Assembly (NCBI RefSeq): GCF_964204645.1
Contig: NC_134031.1
Coordinates: 6,820,001 to 6,884,000, forward strand
Length of the DNA stretch: 64,000 nucleotides
Direction of reading: 5' to 3'
Source: Tubulanus polymorphus
Lineage: Eukaryota > Animalia > Nemertea
Numbering within the stretch: the first letter of the stretch is position 1; the number at the start of each line of letters is the position of its first letter. The position numbers and the translations under genes are program-made. This document shows, one piece after another, positions 49,108 to 61,939 of this stretch. The notes beneath the pieces were generated by a model, which was given only the letters and a program-made list of their open reading frames with translations, searched no databases and was not told where the DNA came from.

Positions 49108-50165
49108 TTTTTCGCACGTCTGATTTCACGACTCCTGATAATGTGCACAAAACTGTAATAACTGGTGATTCGTTCCCATACTGCAAATCCTGTTACTGGT
49201 TTGAGTTGCGCGATACTGTAAGCAAGCTGTTATACTGTGAGCTAAAATCCCAATCCAAAATACCGAAATAAATGCCTGGTAAAGGGTCTATTTCTGAAAT
49301 GATGCCATAATCAGTGTTCACCAATTTGCACTCATGTCAAGCACCAGGAATTTGAGGATTACTTTCTCATGAAAACCTTTTAATCTTAAATAAACTCAAA
49401 GATTACAATTGATTGTAATAAGATTTGTGAAACTGGACTCGTGACTCACATCGGGAGACAGCTGTTTATCCTCTGGGGTAGTGGAGAGATTCCAAAATCC
49501 ACGAAACCTACGTATATGTCGTTGCAGCAGATTCCACAATTCGATTCTTAGGGCTTGACGAAAGATTCCCAGTAAAAGATGAAAAACAAGGTCAAAGATT
49601 CAATCGAATCTCTTTGCGATCAACCGGAAAACAAAACAAACCCTGAGCAAAAACGCTATAAGATGAAATATCAATTTCATAAAATTTATTTCGGGAAATC
49701 ATTTGTGATCTAGGCGATTTTCAATACAATAAACAAAGCACGCAGCGTCATATATGGGTAAAAACCGTGAAACCATGGCAACAAGTTAATGAGGCCACAG
49801 CACGCGCGCATGAGATGGAACTCTATTATATCGCGTTGCTATGGAAACTATACTCTATTGAACAAATGCATTAGTAGAGATACCTCGGTGTACGAGACAC
49901 AGTTTTGTGCGTACCGGGGAGATGTGCGGATCAATAAACAACTATGAAACTAATTAACACGATTTTACGTCTGACTCTAAATTACGTTTTCAATATGAAC
50001 TGTCACGTACAGTCGTCAAACACATTTAAACGTGCAATTTGCAAAACAAATCGTAACTGCATATAATTTTCGTAATTAAAGCAATGCGTTTAACCATTAC
50101 GAGACAGACAGTAGAACTCACTTAATTCGGAGGACTAGGGACTGTGTCCAGATTTCTTCTAACTA

Positions 50166-50324
50166 GGGGTCATTCATTTATTACGTACGCATTAGGGGAG
50201 GGGTCAGTGAAATTGCGTAATGTAATGCTTAAAGTATAAGAAAAAATGGCCGATTTTGCGTACAGACGGGGAGGGGGGTTGGAAAATTCAAATTTTATGC
50301 GTAAGTAACAAATGAATGATCACC
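50166..50324. mobile_element. Short MITE (GGGTCATTCATTTATTACGT TIR); second copy at 39110..39263
   Basis: Imperfect ~25-bp TIRs; two collinear copies of ~155 bp. Confidence 0.7.
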
Positions 50325-51511
50325 TAAGTAAAATCCGAATTACGGATAATAGTTACAAGGTTCCGGGTTAAATGGACCAAATATTTCGAAAATCAGAACT
50401 TCGTGAGTTTTACTGTAATACATATAACGATATAAAAAGGGCCATTCGTAAAGTACTTGCGCAAAATAGTGCCGATTTCCAAATGCCTTCCAGCATGTAA
50501 ACAATTTTAAGCGTTATGTGCGGCATTGTAAATGTACCGGTAGGCAGAAGTGGGCAATGGATGCATTATATACTGTATGAAAGGCCCCTAATGCAAAAAA
50601 AGACGATTGGATTCAATTGATTGCGTAAATACTACATGTTCATATCAAATCAACATAGAATTACAGATAGATTTGGTCCCTACATTTAAACATATATCGG
50701 TACACGCATATTCATATAAATATATATGTTGTAAATACATTTCAATAACAAAACGATTGCATTTTAGATAACAAAAATAATACGGAATCAATGGCAAAAA
50801 CCTGAAAATTAACCTCTCTTATACAATTGCTTGGGCCCACGACTTAGTTTATTCCCCCTTTTAAAATCCAAGTTCCCCAATTTTTTTTGTCGCGAATTTA
50901 GTTTTTTTCACATTCCGGAAATTTCATAAACATTTTGCCCTAAAAGGTGCAGAAAATGTGCCTCTCAAGCTTCGAATTTAAAAAATTAAAACCATTTTAT
51001 GACATTCGAGCAATTTCAAGGATTCAGAAATGCTCGTTTGCGTTTGGCGCTACGCGGATACCGCGTGAAGTATGGCGCATAGTTCTGCTGGTATAATTCT
51101 GACCCCCTTTAAAAAATCCAGGTGGCTGGTCAGACTTATTTTGTATGTTAATCCAATCGAAACGATTAAAACAAATCGTTCGAATTTCTATTACCTGGAA
51201 TTGAAGCTTGAAAAATGGAATTAAAGCGAACCTCTCCGAAGTAAAGAGAACCTTCTTTTCCGAGCTCGATTCGAACGTTAAATGCCGAACGAACGAAAAG
51301 CCATCGCATAGAAACGAATAATGCCGTAGAATCATCGACGAGATAAAGATTTAGACGATCAATAATAATGATCGTAATAATAATAATGATAACTAATGAC
51401 AATCATATAAGTTCATACCGTAACATAACGAATAGATATAGATATGACAACATACGCTCAACTCGCGGTGGTACAACCAAATATACTAAACGGGCAATCA
51501 GATCAACAATG

Positions 51512-51513
<2 letters not shown>

Positions 51514-51585
<72 letters not shown>
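51514..51585. repeat. (AT)n microsatellite
   Basis: Direct reading of the sequence. Confidence 0.99.
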
Positions 51586-51587
<2 letters not shown>

Positions 51588-52445
51588 TATAAAATTCGTC
51601 TTAAAGAGGATTTTTTTCCAGCACATTTATCAATTCAACATATAAATACATATATATCCGATATTCGAAGAAGCAGTACGGATCGATATCTATCTACAAA
51701 ATAATTACCATTCCGTTCGTTCGTTTAAAGCAGTTAATATCGTCAATAAATGCGTTCGAATAATGTGAACCTGTGTGTAAACAGACGAGGGCAGGCTACA
51801 GCTACCGACAGTAGGAGGCCGGCGTTTAGTACCGTGGCGACAAGTGGATATTCTAACAGTGGTTAATAAGCGGCGACCATAAAAACTGACGTTTTCGCGC
51901 AGTTCGTCTGCTCTGCTGCCTTTCTTATTTCGATAATTACCTTCCACAAAATTGCTGCCTCTATGTATAAAACGGCTTTTCTAAATTGATTTATGACCAC
52001 TTTGACTAACGTCTACAAGACCAGTCGCTCAAAAGTTGGTTAGATTGAACTGTGATAGTACGGCGCCATCGCGAGTATACTCGTAGGTTGGCCCTATTGC
52101 ATAGTCACCTTGAAATTGACCGATGAGCATTCAGAATGAAGCAGAGTTTGTTCACGTAGACAGCCAATCAGCAGCTCTATCATTCCTGTGTCCCAGAGTG
52201 CAAGTATCAGTGACAATTAAACTTCATTGTTACTACGTACGGTATTCATCCGCCGGTTATCTTTAACCAACTTTTGAGCAACTGACCCCAAATCTTTAGG
52301 CAATTCGAAGACATCACCGCGGGAATTCATGGACGCAGCCTTTTTTCCCGGAAGTATCTATCAGTTTGCATGTTGTTTACATAAGGCGTTTTAGTATTCT
52401 ATTGAAAATCTTTTCGAAATAAGAAATGTTATAAATAGATCTATT

Positions 52446-55400
52446 CTAGGAATGTAAGTCCTCTTCAACGACCATGTCCGAATGACACGTACTAACGTGC
52501 GAATTCAACGAACTTTCCGTTTCGAAGCATTTATCACACCGCGAACAACAAACGAGCGTTTCACCGACTACCGTTTCATTTCTATCGCGTTCAGCCGATT
52601 GTTCCGCGTTTGACGTGGACGAAAATAAATCGCTACACTTCGGACATATTGTGTAACGTCGTTTTATCGTCGTTAAAGTCGAATCGATTTTTAAGCAGAA
52701 CTCACATTCGTAACGCGGACTGAGATCGTGATTGGCTGCAATGGCGTGATCGTCGAAATCGCCTCGATCGTTAAAAAACGCTCCGCATTCCACGCAGAGG
52801 TAGCCTTCGTCGGAGAGCGCTTGATCATCATTCGATTCCGCGAGCGGATCTAAAATCTCCTCGCCTACGCTGATGCTGCTAATGACTTCGCCATCCTCAT
52901 CGTTATTATCATCGCGACGGAAAGTACGTGCCGAAAGAACGATTTCGGACACGAATGATTCGCTGAGATTCAAATGTTCCACAGTGTGTTGTCGGACGTG
53001 CATCGCGAACGCCGATTCGACGGCAAACGACTTCAAGCAGACGCCACATTCGTGGCGACGGCGATGAGCGTTCGCCGTGTGCTCGTCGAAATCGCGTTCG
53101 TAATTGAACGCAGCGCCGCATTCCGCGCAGAGGAAGATTTCATCATCGTTGACGTCATCGTCGTCGTCAAACGGGGGCGGGGAATCGTACGGTTCGGTTT
53201 TAATCCGCGAGCCGATGCTCATACCGCCGGTTACCGCTTTATTCAAGCGTCGCTCGTATTCGTAATCGTCGTCGATCGGTTCCGATTTCACGACGACGAA
53301 ATTCGCCGACAATGCGTCGTTCGGATCATCCAACTCCGTCGTCATCCGTTCGTCGTCGCGGTTATGCATCGCGTAATCGCGTTCGATTTCGTCGGCGTGC
53401 ACGCGTAGGTGGCATTCGAGTGCGTAGCAGTCGGCGAACGTCGCGCGGCAATAGTTACAATCGAACGCCGTCTCTTCGGCGTCTTTGCCGTGTTCACGTA
53501 CATGGTACTCGAGACTTTCCGACGAGTTGAATATGATGTTGCAAATGTGACACTGAAAATCGGCGCGTGCCACAACACCGTCTCTCTCATCATCGTCGCC
53601 GTCATCATCCTCATCATCATCATCATCAGTAGTTTCGTTCGACGAATGCTCGTCGCTCGTGGAATCTGCGTTTCTACGGCGCGTCGTTTTCGATCGGCGG
53701 CTGCTTTTACAAAGGTGCGAATCGCGTTTGAACTTCGATCGAAAGCGGACGTCGCACCGTCGACACTTCCACGCCGCCTCGCGCCGCTGCGTGTGTTGTA
53801 TTTTGTGATTTTGTAACGTGCTCTGCATGCGAAACGACCGCTGACAGATGTCGCATTTCAGCGGCGATTGCACGAGCGAGTGTTCGGCGCGCTGGTGCCG
53901 GGCGAGCGCGCTTTTATTCTTGAACTCGACGGCACATACCGTGCACTTGAACGGCGTCGGCCACGAACCGTCGTCGGCGCAATCGCCGATTTCTCTCGGC
54001 GGCGATTTTTCCGATTCGGTCGATGCGGCGTGCGTCTTGTCCATGTGAATCCAGAGTTTCTCGTCGGAATCGAAGACCTGATCGCACTCGGGGCAGATGT
54101 ATTCGTGTCGACTGATGTGGTCAGTCAGTTTTACCAAGTCGTCGAATTCGTCACCGCAGACGTAACAACGTAAATCTGCAATGCGAAAATACAAATGAAT
54201 ATATTTTGAAAACGCGGGCTTGAATTGAACTAAAATGTTCATTGACCCAGAAGTAAAGTAGATAGATATTTTTAAAAGGTACTAATTTCCGATGCCCTAG
54301 AAACCGTTAATATCGGCCTAATGTTTATATATACATTGATTTAGTACCCATTTTCACAAAGTAAACATGATTTATTTTGACATCTATACCAAATTTGAGT
54401 ACAATGCACATAATAGGGTTTGAGGAATAACTACATCCAGGGTCCCTACAGATCAGTCATTCCTGAATATAAGGAGTTTTCAGAGAAATTTCAAATTCCG
54501 AAGAAGTGTCTGCATAAATTTCATATGCCAACTATAGTAGACACCTTATAAATTGGTAAGTAGCCTACTGTCTATCTCAGTGAACCATTAATTTCGGTGG
54601 TTTTGTCACTGAAATTCTTTCCTCTCTAATTTGGTAACTGCCTAATTGGGCAACAAATCCTAGTCTCAACTGTACTGATTTAGGGGTAGTCTATCATCCA
54701 ACTACAAACATTTTTAATTGCCTCTTTCTAATCTCTTAAAGATTTTTAAGCACCTTTAAAAACAATTTCTATTCACAGGGAGTTTTTAAGGAATCAAGGC
54801 GTCATAGGGATCCTGAATTCATAATCTGGGCCCAGCCCAGATCACCAACTCGAACTTACTTATCTCGAATAGAACCTTACCGTTTCTCGTGTTCGAATGT
54901 TGACCACTCTCGTAACTAGGCGGCGTCACTAATCCGTTGGGATTGTACGACCACGACGCCATGCTGAAGTTCGTTTTCAGGTGTCGATTCTCCGTACGTC
55001 GGCGATCGGGAATCTTACCGAAATCGTTGTGCGTCGCTTGCAGGTGTTTTTTCAGCGTGCCATTCTGCGCGAACGACAGGCCGCAGTGTTGACACCGGTA
55101 CGGCCGTTCGCCGGTGTGCAGACGCGAATGATTGAACAAAATGCTGAGCTGCGTGAATCGTTTGTGGCAGATCGTGCACTCATACGGCCGTTCGCCGGTG
55201 TGCACGCGGCGGTGGTTGATCAGAATGTCTTTCTTCGCGAACATCTTGTCGCAAAACTCGCACGCGTACGGACGCAACGAGTCGTGGTCGGACATGTGCA
55301 CGCGCAACAGTTTCAGCGTCGCGAACGTCATCAAACAGAATTTACAGCGGAACGCGTGATGAAATCCATCAGATACACGCGTTCGTACAGCAGTCGGCAT

Positions 55401-58400
55401 ATTAGCAGCAGTAGTAATGGCAGGCGATTTTGATACATAATTTTCTACAAAATGAATGAATTAATAGAGAGCATTAGATTGATCAAAATGCCAAAACAAA
55501 TAGACTGATTTAAAGTGAAAAGTCACTTATTCAGATAATCTTAGACTAAAATAAAAGAGAAATCAAGGTTTACTTAGCAACTCGACTATTACCCATTAGT
55601 AAATTGAGTTTGTGCCAATGTTTTATTACTTCATATTAATTCAGTTTATTAACCCTTTCAGTGCGTCTACACCGCAGTGCGGTGTATCAATCAGTGATGG
55701 ACTGCTAGTGCACTACAACGTGGTGTATTGAGTAATTAATAATCAATCTTTATCTCGAATTGAAAGACGGCATCACCGTGATGTCAAACATAGTGAAATA
55801 TTAGTAACTAATGATGCACTGCGCTGTGGTGAAAACACACAAAAGCTGTATGCCTGTTATTCAACACACTGGGATGGAATTTTTCAAGGTCTTGTAGGCC
55901 TAATCATCTCCAGCATTTTCGGGAATTAATAAATCAGCACTGAAAGCATTAAGTAAGGGTGAAAATGGCCCCAGTTTAAAGGGGAAACTGTCACAGGGAA
56001 CTGGAAAATCCATTCGTAATAAATTAAATCTAAGTCTATATCGAAGCATACCTTCATATTCCCTATTTTCATGTCTACTTAAAGACGAACGATGAACGTC
56101 CTCTTCGGTTTCGTTAGCTTTCCGTCGTTTAACGTCGTACCCTGTAGCGAGCGATCCATCGGCCGTAGTGGCGAAATCTCTGTTGCCCTTACCAACTACG
56201 TTATCGGTCATAGCCACGACCGTAGTCGGTATGAAATCGTTTTCATCCCGATCTATCGGAGCCAGCGGTATGTTACTGATATCTAACGTTTTACTCAACG
56301 CCGAGAATATTTGCGACGAGGCGGCTATCGTTTGCTGTAACAAACTATTCGCATCGGCTAAACGCTCGGTATCCATCGCTATCGGTGGCGCAGGTGATAT
56401 CGGACGTAACGAGGGCGCCGCTAGTTTTTTCGGCAATTTTTCTTTTTTGCGTTTTCGTGACTGCGCCGCCGCCGCCGCTGCCCCCACAGCCGAGACCGGC
56501 TGAAAATGCATCCAATCTCGATGAACTTCGCGGAGGTGATTGATCAGTTGCGTGTGTCCGCTGAACGTAGCTTTACAGTGCGGACAAGCGGGCGGCTGGT
56601 GAGATGAGATCATGTGTTCGTCTAACTGAGCTTGAACGTCGAATATTTTACTACAAATCCAGCACGAAAACGTGACGATTTTATGCGACTTTCGATGTTG
56701 CCGCAACATGCGACTGTTGAAGAAATATTTTCCGCAGTGTTCGCAACGAAACTGATGATCCAGTGGTCCCGGTTCCGGAAGACTGTCCAAGGCACTTGGT
56801 GAATCTACGAATGAAAATTAAAAAAATAATTGCCCATGGGCAAAGTGTGGTTTACCTTGAAAGCTAGAGGTTGTTTGGGGTAAGGGCATTGCTTGAAAAA
56901 TCTTTTTAATTTGTGACTTCAAAGTTCTATCTTGTATTTCATCTTTCTCAAAGAATTATTTTGTAGTCAAATAAGACCAAAAATATACATTTCCTAGGGT
57001 ACAGGTAGGCACGGCAGGGAAACTATTCTATATTTTCAAAGAAATATTTTTCACACTATGAAAAAAATATTCAAATAAAATTCATATGATGTAACATATC
57101 AGAGGGTGGCTGAATATTTAGTCTTGGAAACCTCTTCCAATTTATGGCCGCGGAATCTAAACCGGCGCAGTAAGAAATCGGCGTATTAGATCGTTTTAAA
57201 TACTGGAATTTACTACTACAATATTCAGACCTCAACCTATACTTGTAGTTTGCTGCTTAATATTTTCAGGTCACAAGAAATTACAATTTATTATAAATTA
57301 TATCAAACAGAAAACATAGCGCTCATCTTCTGTTGATGAAATGTCAGACGCGCCAGCAAGCAGCGTTTACAGTATCACTAAAGTAGTGTATACTGTACGA
57401 GCGTGTGTTTGTGTACGCAACAGTCTATAGCACTCTGCGCGCACGTGGAGGCCTTGTGTAAGTGAATGTTTCGCTTGCACTTCAGTGTCAATCAAATCAA
57501 TTACCGGGTATTAAAATGAAACAATACCTATGGCGGATAATAATTACATTCTCATCAGCAATGAGCATTTGAAATTTGCATGTAATACGGCACCTAGTCC
57601 AATGAAACGTTCGCCATTCTATGGCTTTCCCATAATTAGTTTAGTAGCGCCGGAATTCCCCGTATATCCCAAAAACAGCCAATCACATTTGCTCGTAGAG
57701 ACAACGCCCCCCAATCGAGGTCATAGCAATTTTATACGCGAGAGCTAAGAATTTTCCCGCCAAAAACAGTTTATCGTAGAATTTTAACTAAGTTGACCAT
57801 GTACATCGACGAAGGTTCGTCTTCAAGTGCATCGATTATACGTCGTTTAACCCGAGAACCAATGAAACAAATGCTCACATAAAAAAACGTACCGCGATTT
57901 TACATGAAATTGGCTCAATGCCAACTTCATATCGCTGACAAAGGTAAACCACAAATTTAGGAACACCTTAGGTAATTATTTTTCATCTTTAATGAAAGAT
58001 GGCAGGACATGTCAAACATTGTTAAATATTAGTAACTATGCACTGAAGGGGTGTGCCTAGTGTTATTCAACACACTGGGGTGGAATTTCAAAAAGTTATC
58101 TCCAGCACTTTAGGGTATTCATAAGTCAGCCCAGAAAGAGTTAGGGGATTGCTAGACTCGGATAGATAAGAAGAATTGAAAATTGCCCTGCCAAGGAAAT
58201 CTTTTGATTCAGCTTCACGTGGCCAATTGAGATCATTGAAAATGAGAAGGTTGTCATAAACAATTAATCATAATTTTGTTTCGCGTTTCTGATCGGCTAT
58301 TTTGATGCGCGAAAACCTCGGTCTACTAGTACAGGGTTTTCTGATCGTATCGTACCTGGCTGTTTAGCAGAATTCGAGAGAGAATTCGATGATTTCGAAC

Positions 58401-61400
58401 GAGTAACCATCGTTGGAGGGCTCGGTTTCTCCGTCGCAACGGAGTCTGGTATCTCGGCAGAGGGATCGTCGCCTTCGTCGTCGACTTCAACGTCTAGCGG
58501 CTCCATCTTTACACTCAACGCCGAACTATCCAGTACATCTAAATCATCGTTTTCGTCATCATCCGCTTCGTCCTTTTCCAACGGTTGCATCAAACATGTA
58601 AAGTTAGCAGCATCCAAATTTCCTAGAAAATACACATCAGTAGTTCTTTTTTAGGAATAGACAATAGCGTTGTTCATATTTACTAATAGATAAACAATGG
58701 TTTCCCTGATTTCAAAAAGAGTCTGTATTCCCTGATTTTCCCTGCAGGGAAATAAAAATCCGGAATAATCAGATTTCCCCGATTTGTAAATCGTGGGTGC
58801 CCTGGGAAGCTAACTTAACCTAAAGCAAGCGAAACTGGGACCTCATAGGTCGCAATAACTTGACACTCACCCGTTTCACTGCCATCCTGAGACGAATCAT
58901 TCGAAGACTCCGAAATGAGCGGCTCCATTTTTATCACAGACGAGTCAGCGCTATCCGCTGCTGACTTAAAAACGATTTTCGGCATCGAATTCGACTTTCG
59001 ATGCGGCGATTCGCGTTTGCCCTTCCTCTGCTGCTGCTGCGGCGACGTCTTCTGCGGATCGGCGCGGTTGATAATCTTCTTACGGTCGTTCGGCGTGTAG
59101 TCGCGGTGCACGTTTTCTTTGTGCTTCTTCAGCGTGCTGTTCTGCGCGAATCCCTGTCCGCAGTGTACGCACCGATACGGACGTTCGCCGGTGTGCAGAC
59201 GCGTGTGGTTGAACAGTATGCTGAGTTGCGTGAAGCGTTTCTCGCAGTACTTACACGCGTACGGCTTTTCGCCGGTGTGTATACGTCGATGGTTCACGAG
59301 CACTTCGCGTTTGTAGAACAGACGGCCGCAGATGTCGCACGGGAAACTGCGCTCGTGTTGCGTACGCATGTGCGCTTCGAGGGACGTTTTCTCGTTGAAG
59401 CTGGCAGCGCAAATCGAACAAAACAGCCGTTTCATCACCGGTAAAACTACAAATATATAGAATGATATTTTTTAATAATCTAGGTCTCACTCGGTAGCAT
59501 TGTTGGGACATACGTTGACCGGATATCAAGTCGAGTATCGGCCAAAATAGAAGGTTTTTCCGAGTAAATCCTGATTTTGTTGTTGTGACTACACAAGAAC
59601 GAAAAAAAAACAACAAAATCAGGGTGGAGAAGGCATGGTTTCAATGTTCAAATTCAACACATTTCACAGAATCGAGGTTTTCTCTCTTATTCAACTTGAT
59701 TAAAGGAGACTCTTTGGCAATCCTTCTAATTGGTACTGAACTATTGGTACAGAAATATTGTCCTATTTTTGTACCGAGAATCTTCCATATGATGAAGGAA
59801 GGGAACTTAATCAGTAGAAGATCTATCCGACATCGATTTTTTGGGGATATTTCTATTAAACTTTTGAACACATACCTCAATTTGGTCTTAATAGGACCAG
59901 TGAAACTGTTAGTCCAGATAAACCATCGTTTTTACATCCATTTTATACTGTTTTTAACAATTGCTAAAAAAAAGTCTTCATTTACTCATTTGAATCAGAG
60001 AAAAGAGACTCCATTTTATGAACTAAATCAATTCTAACAATATGTTTCCATGCCTACCATTTGAAATTATTTTCATCATGGTTCGTAGGCATAGAAACAC
60101 AGAACCAGATTGTTAGAATTTCAAAAATGGGAATTTCAACATGAGAAAATGAAGACTTCTAGGCAATCCTTCAATACAGTGTAAAATTAATATTAAAACG
60201 AAGGTTTACTGTGACTGCACAGAACTTCGCTGGTCATATTAAGACCATATTCACGTGTGTTCAATAAAATTGAGCGAAATATCCCAAATAGATCGATGTC
60301 ACATGAAAATAAATAGACATTGGCCTTAGTTAGTAGTATAATATCGGATATTCAGTAATTGTCCGTGGTTTTTGGGATTCCGTTAAGACCTAAATGAGGT
60401 AGGCCCTATGTACCCCAAAAAGTATAAGCAAACCGTCCCAGAGAAACAGGTCTCATCCAATAATAGGCCTAAATGGGGACCTATAGACTACCATGGTGTC
60501 CTCTGAAGCAAGGTGGAAATAGACATTGTTGTATAAACAAATTCAATATTTTCAGACACACAGGGATTTGTAACCAGTTTCATTAACTGTTTGAGAAGGG
60601 AAACTGAATCAAATCATTTCACAAATCAAAGAAATTTTCTATTTGCTCCTGCAAAATCAAGATTCTCTAACTGGCAACTAAACATTTATTAAACAAACAT
60701 TAAACTCTCTGAACAATAAGAAGAAAATGGAATGAATTGATTCTAAACAAATTCAATAGTATCTACATACATAATTTCAGAATAGGCTGAAGTAATCAGC
60801 TGAAATTCAAAGAGCTTTATTCACAATTTTCTCCATCACCTTTGAAGAAAAAGTTTGAATTTCAAACTGAAAATCAACAATCTGTTTCCATAGAGGAAAA
60901 TATAGATTTACATGGCAACAGGGATTCTATTAATTTCAGAGATAACATTACTCAGGTTACAGTTTTTAGTGATTAAATCTTGGGTCAACAGACAGTTGTA
61001 AAATGATTGTGGAAGTGGGTTTTTTTTTATAGAAAATAATCACCATAAGACTGATACAGGGTCCCTAGAGACCAGTAATTCTGGAATAGGCCTATAAGAA
61101 GTTTTCAAGGAGTTTTAAAGTAGAAAATTTCAAGGAAGTGCCATATCCTAATTACTGTAGACTCCTCCTAAATAGGTATTGTTTATCTTGGTAAACTGAA
61201 AATTTGGTGGTTTTATAAGCAAATATTTATCCTTGACATTACTTGGTTTCTAATTTAGTAACCACCTTATAGGATAACAAAAAGATCCTGCTTACAACAG
61301 TACTGAATATAGACTCATTTACAACTTCTGAACTAATTGCCTATTTCTGAAAATTGGTTTTTCAGGAATTTTTCTCAAATTAAAGTAGTTTCAAGCACCT

Positions 61401-61939
61401 TCAAAAACATTTCCCCTTTTGAAGGAGTTTTTACGGAATCAAGGAGTCGTAGGGACCCTGTGATACAATGATTGAGAGAAATAAAATTTTTGTGGAGCCG
61501 AAAAGGCATTGCCATTGGGACTGAATGGACGGGTCTGATCTAAGCACTTGTCCGATTACCCGGGACAAGTACGTTTTCATTAGGGCAAATAGGAAATCAT
61601 TATCACTTGTCCACCGGGCTAGTACAATTTTATATCTCAAAGCTTTTTTCCCACTCGATACAACGGATGATTATGCCACCAATTGGACTGCCTGCGTAGG
61701 GCAAGTGAATGTTCGAGGGGGCAAGCTAAGTGTCAGATATACCTGCCACACAGGCAAGTGGCTTTTATTCCTCAGATTGAACCCTGAATATTGGATATTC
61801 GAAGTGCTATTTTACATACCTTGTTGACTTTGTTTCAGAGTCGAAAACATTTCATTTGAAGCGGCGATCGTCTGCCGTAATAAACTAGCAGCAGACGGCA
61901 AATTCTCAAACGAATCATCAGCAGATAACTTATTCTTCT
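52446..61939 (-). CDS. Large C2H2 zinc-finger protein, 5'-partial (>1300 aa, ~22 fingers); complement(join(52446..54175,54881..55444,56052..56804,58356..58622,58871..59446,61820..61939))
   Basis: Multiple CxxC..HxxxH fingers with HTGE(K/R)PY linkers and acidic tracts. All visible introns are phase 1 with GT-AG ends and join in frame. The 120-nt exon at 61820..61939 is supported by splice sites and by similarity to a motif in exon 56052..56804. No start codon exon was found in the window. Confidence 0.85.
54438..54815. mobile_element. CAGGGTCCC-family MITE
   Basis: CAGGGTCCCTA...TAGGGAtCCTG; internal similarity to 61057..61460. Confidence 0.7.
55653..55948. mobile_element. piggyBac-type MITE copy, zinc-finger gene intron
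   Basis: TTAA-CCCTTTCAGTGC...GCACTGAAAGca-TTAA. Confidence 0.8.
57970..58140. mobile_element. piggyBac-type MITE, truncated copy
   Basis: Internal motifs (aagatggcag, gtcaaaca, ttattcaacacactgggg, ttatctccagcact) and a degenerate right end; left boundary approximate. Confidence 0.6.
61057..61460. mobile_element. CAGGGTCCC-family MITE with 5-bp TSD TGATA
   Basis: tgata|CAGGGTCCCTA...TAGGGACCCTG|tgata. Confidence 0.8.

Noticed and set aside
52873-59444. Numerous plus-strand and alternative-frame ORFs overlapping the zinc-finger exons (likewise 1928-2457 and 9494-10164 over the K2P exons)
   Set aside because: Antisense shadows of GC-richer coding exons, with no recognisable motifs or independent splice structure.
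59585-60037. 150-aa plus-strand ORF in the zinc-finger gene intron
   Set aside because: AT-rich, no recognisable domain, non-ATG start, and overlaps an interspersed repeat with an inverted partner near 60150-60290.
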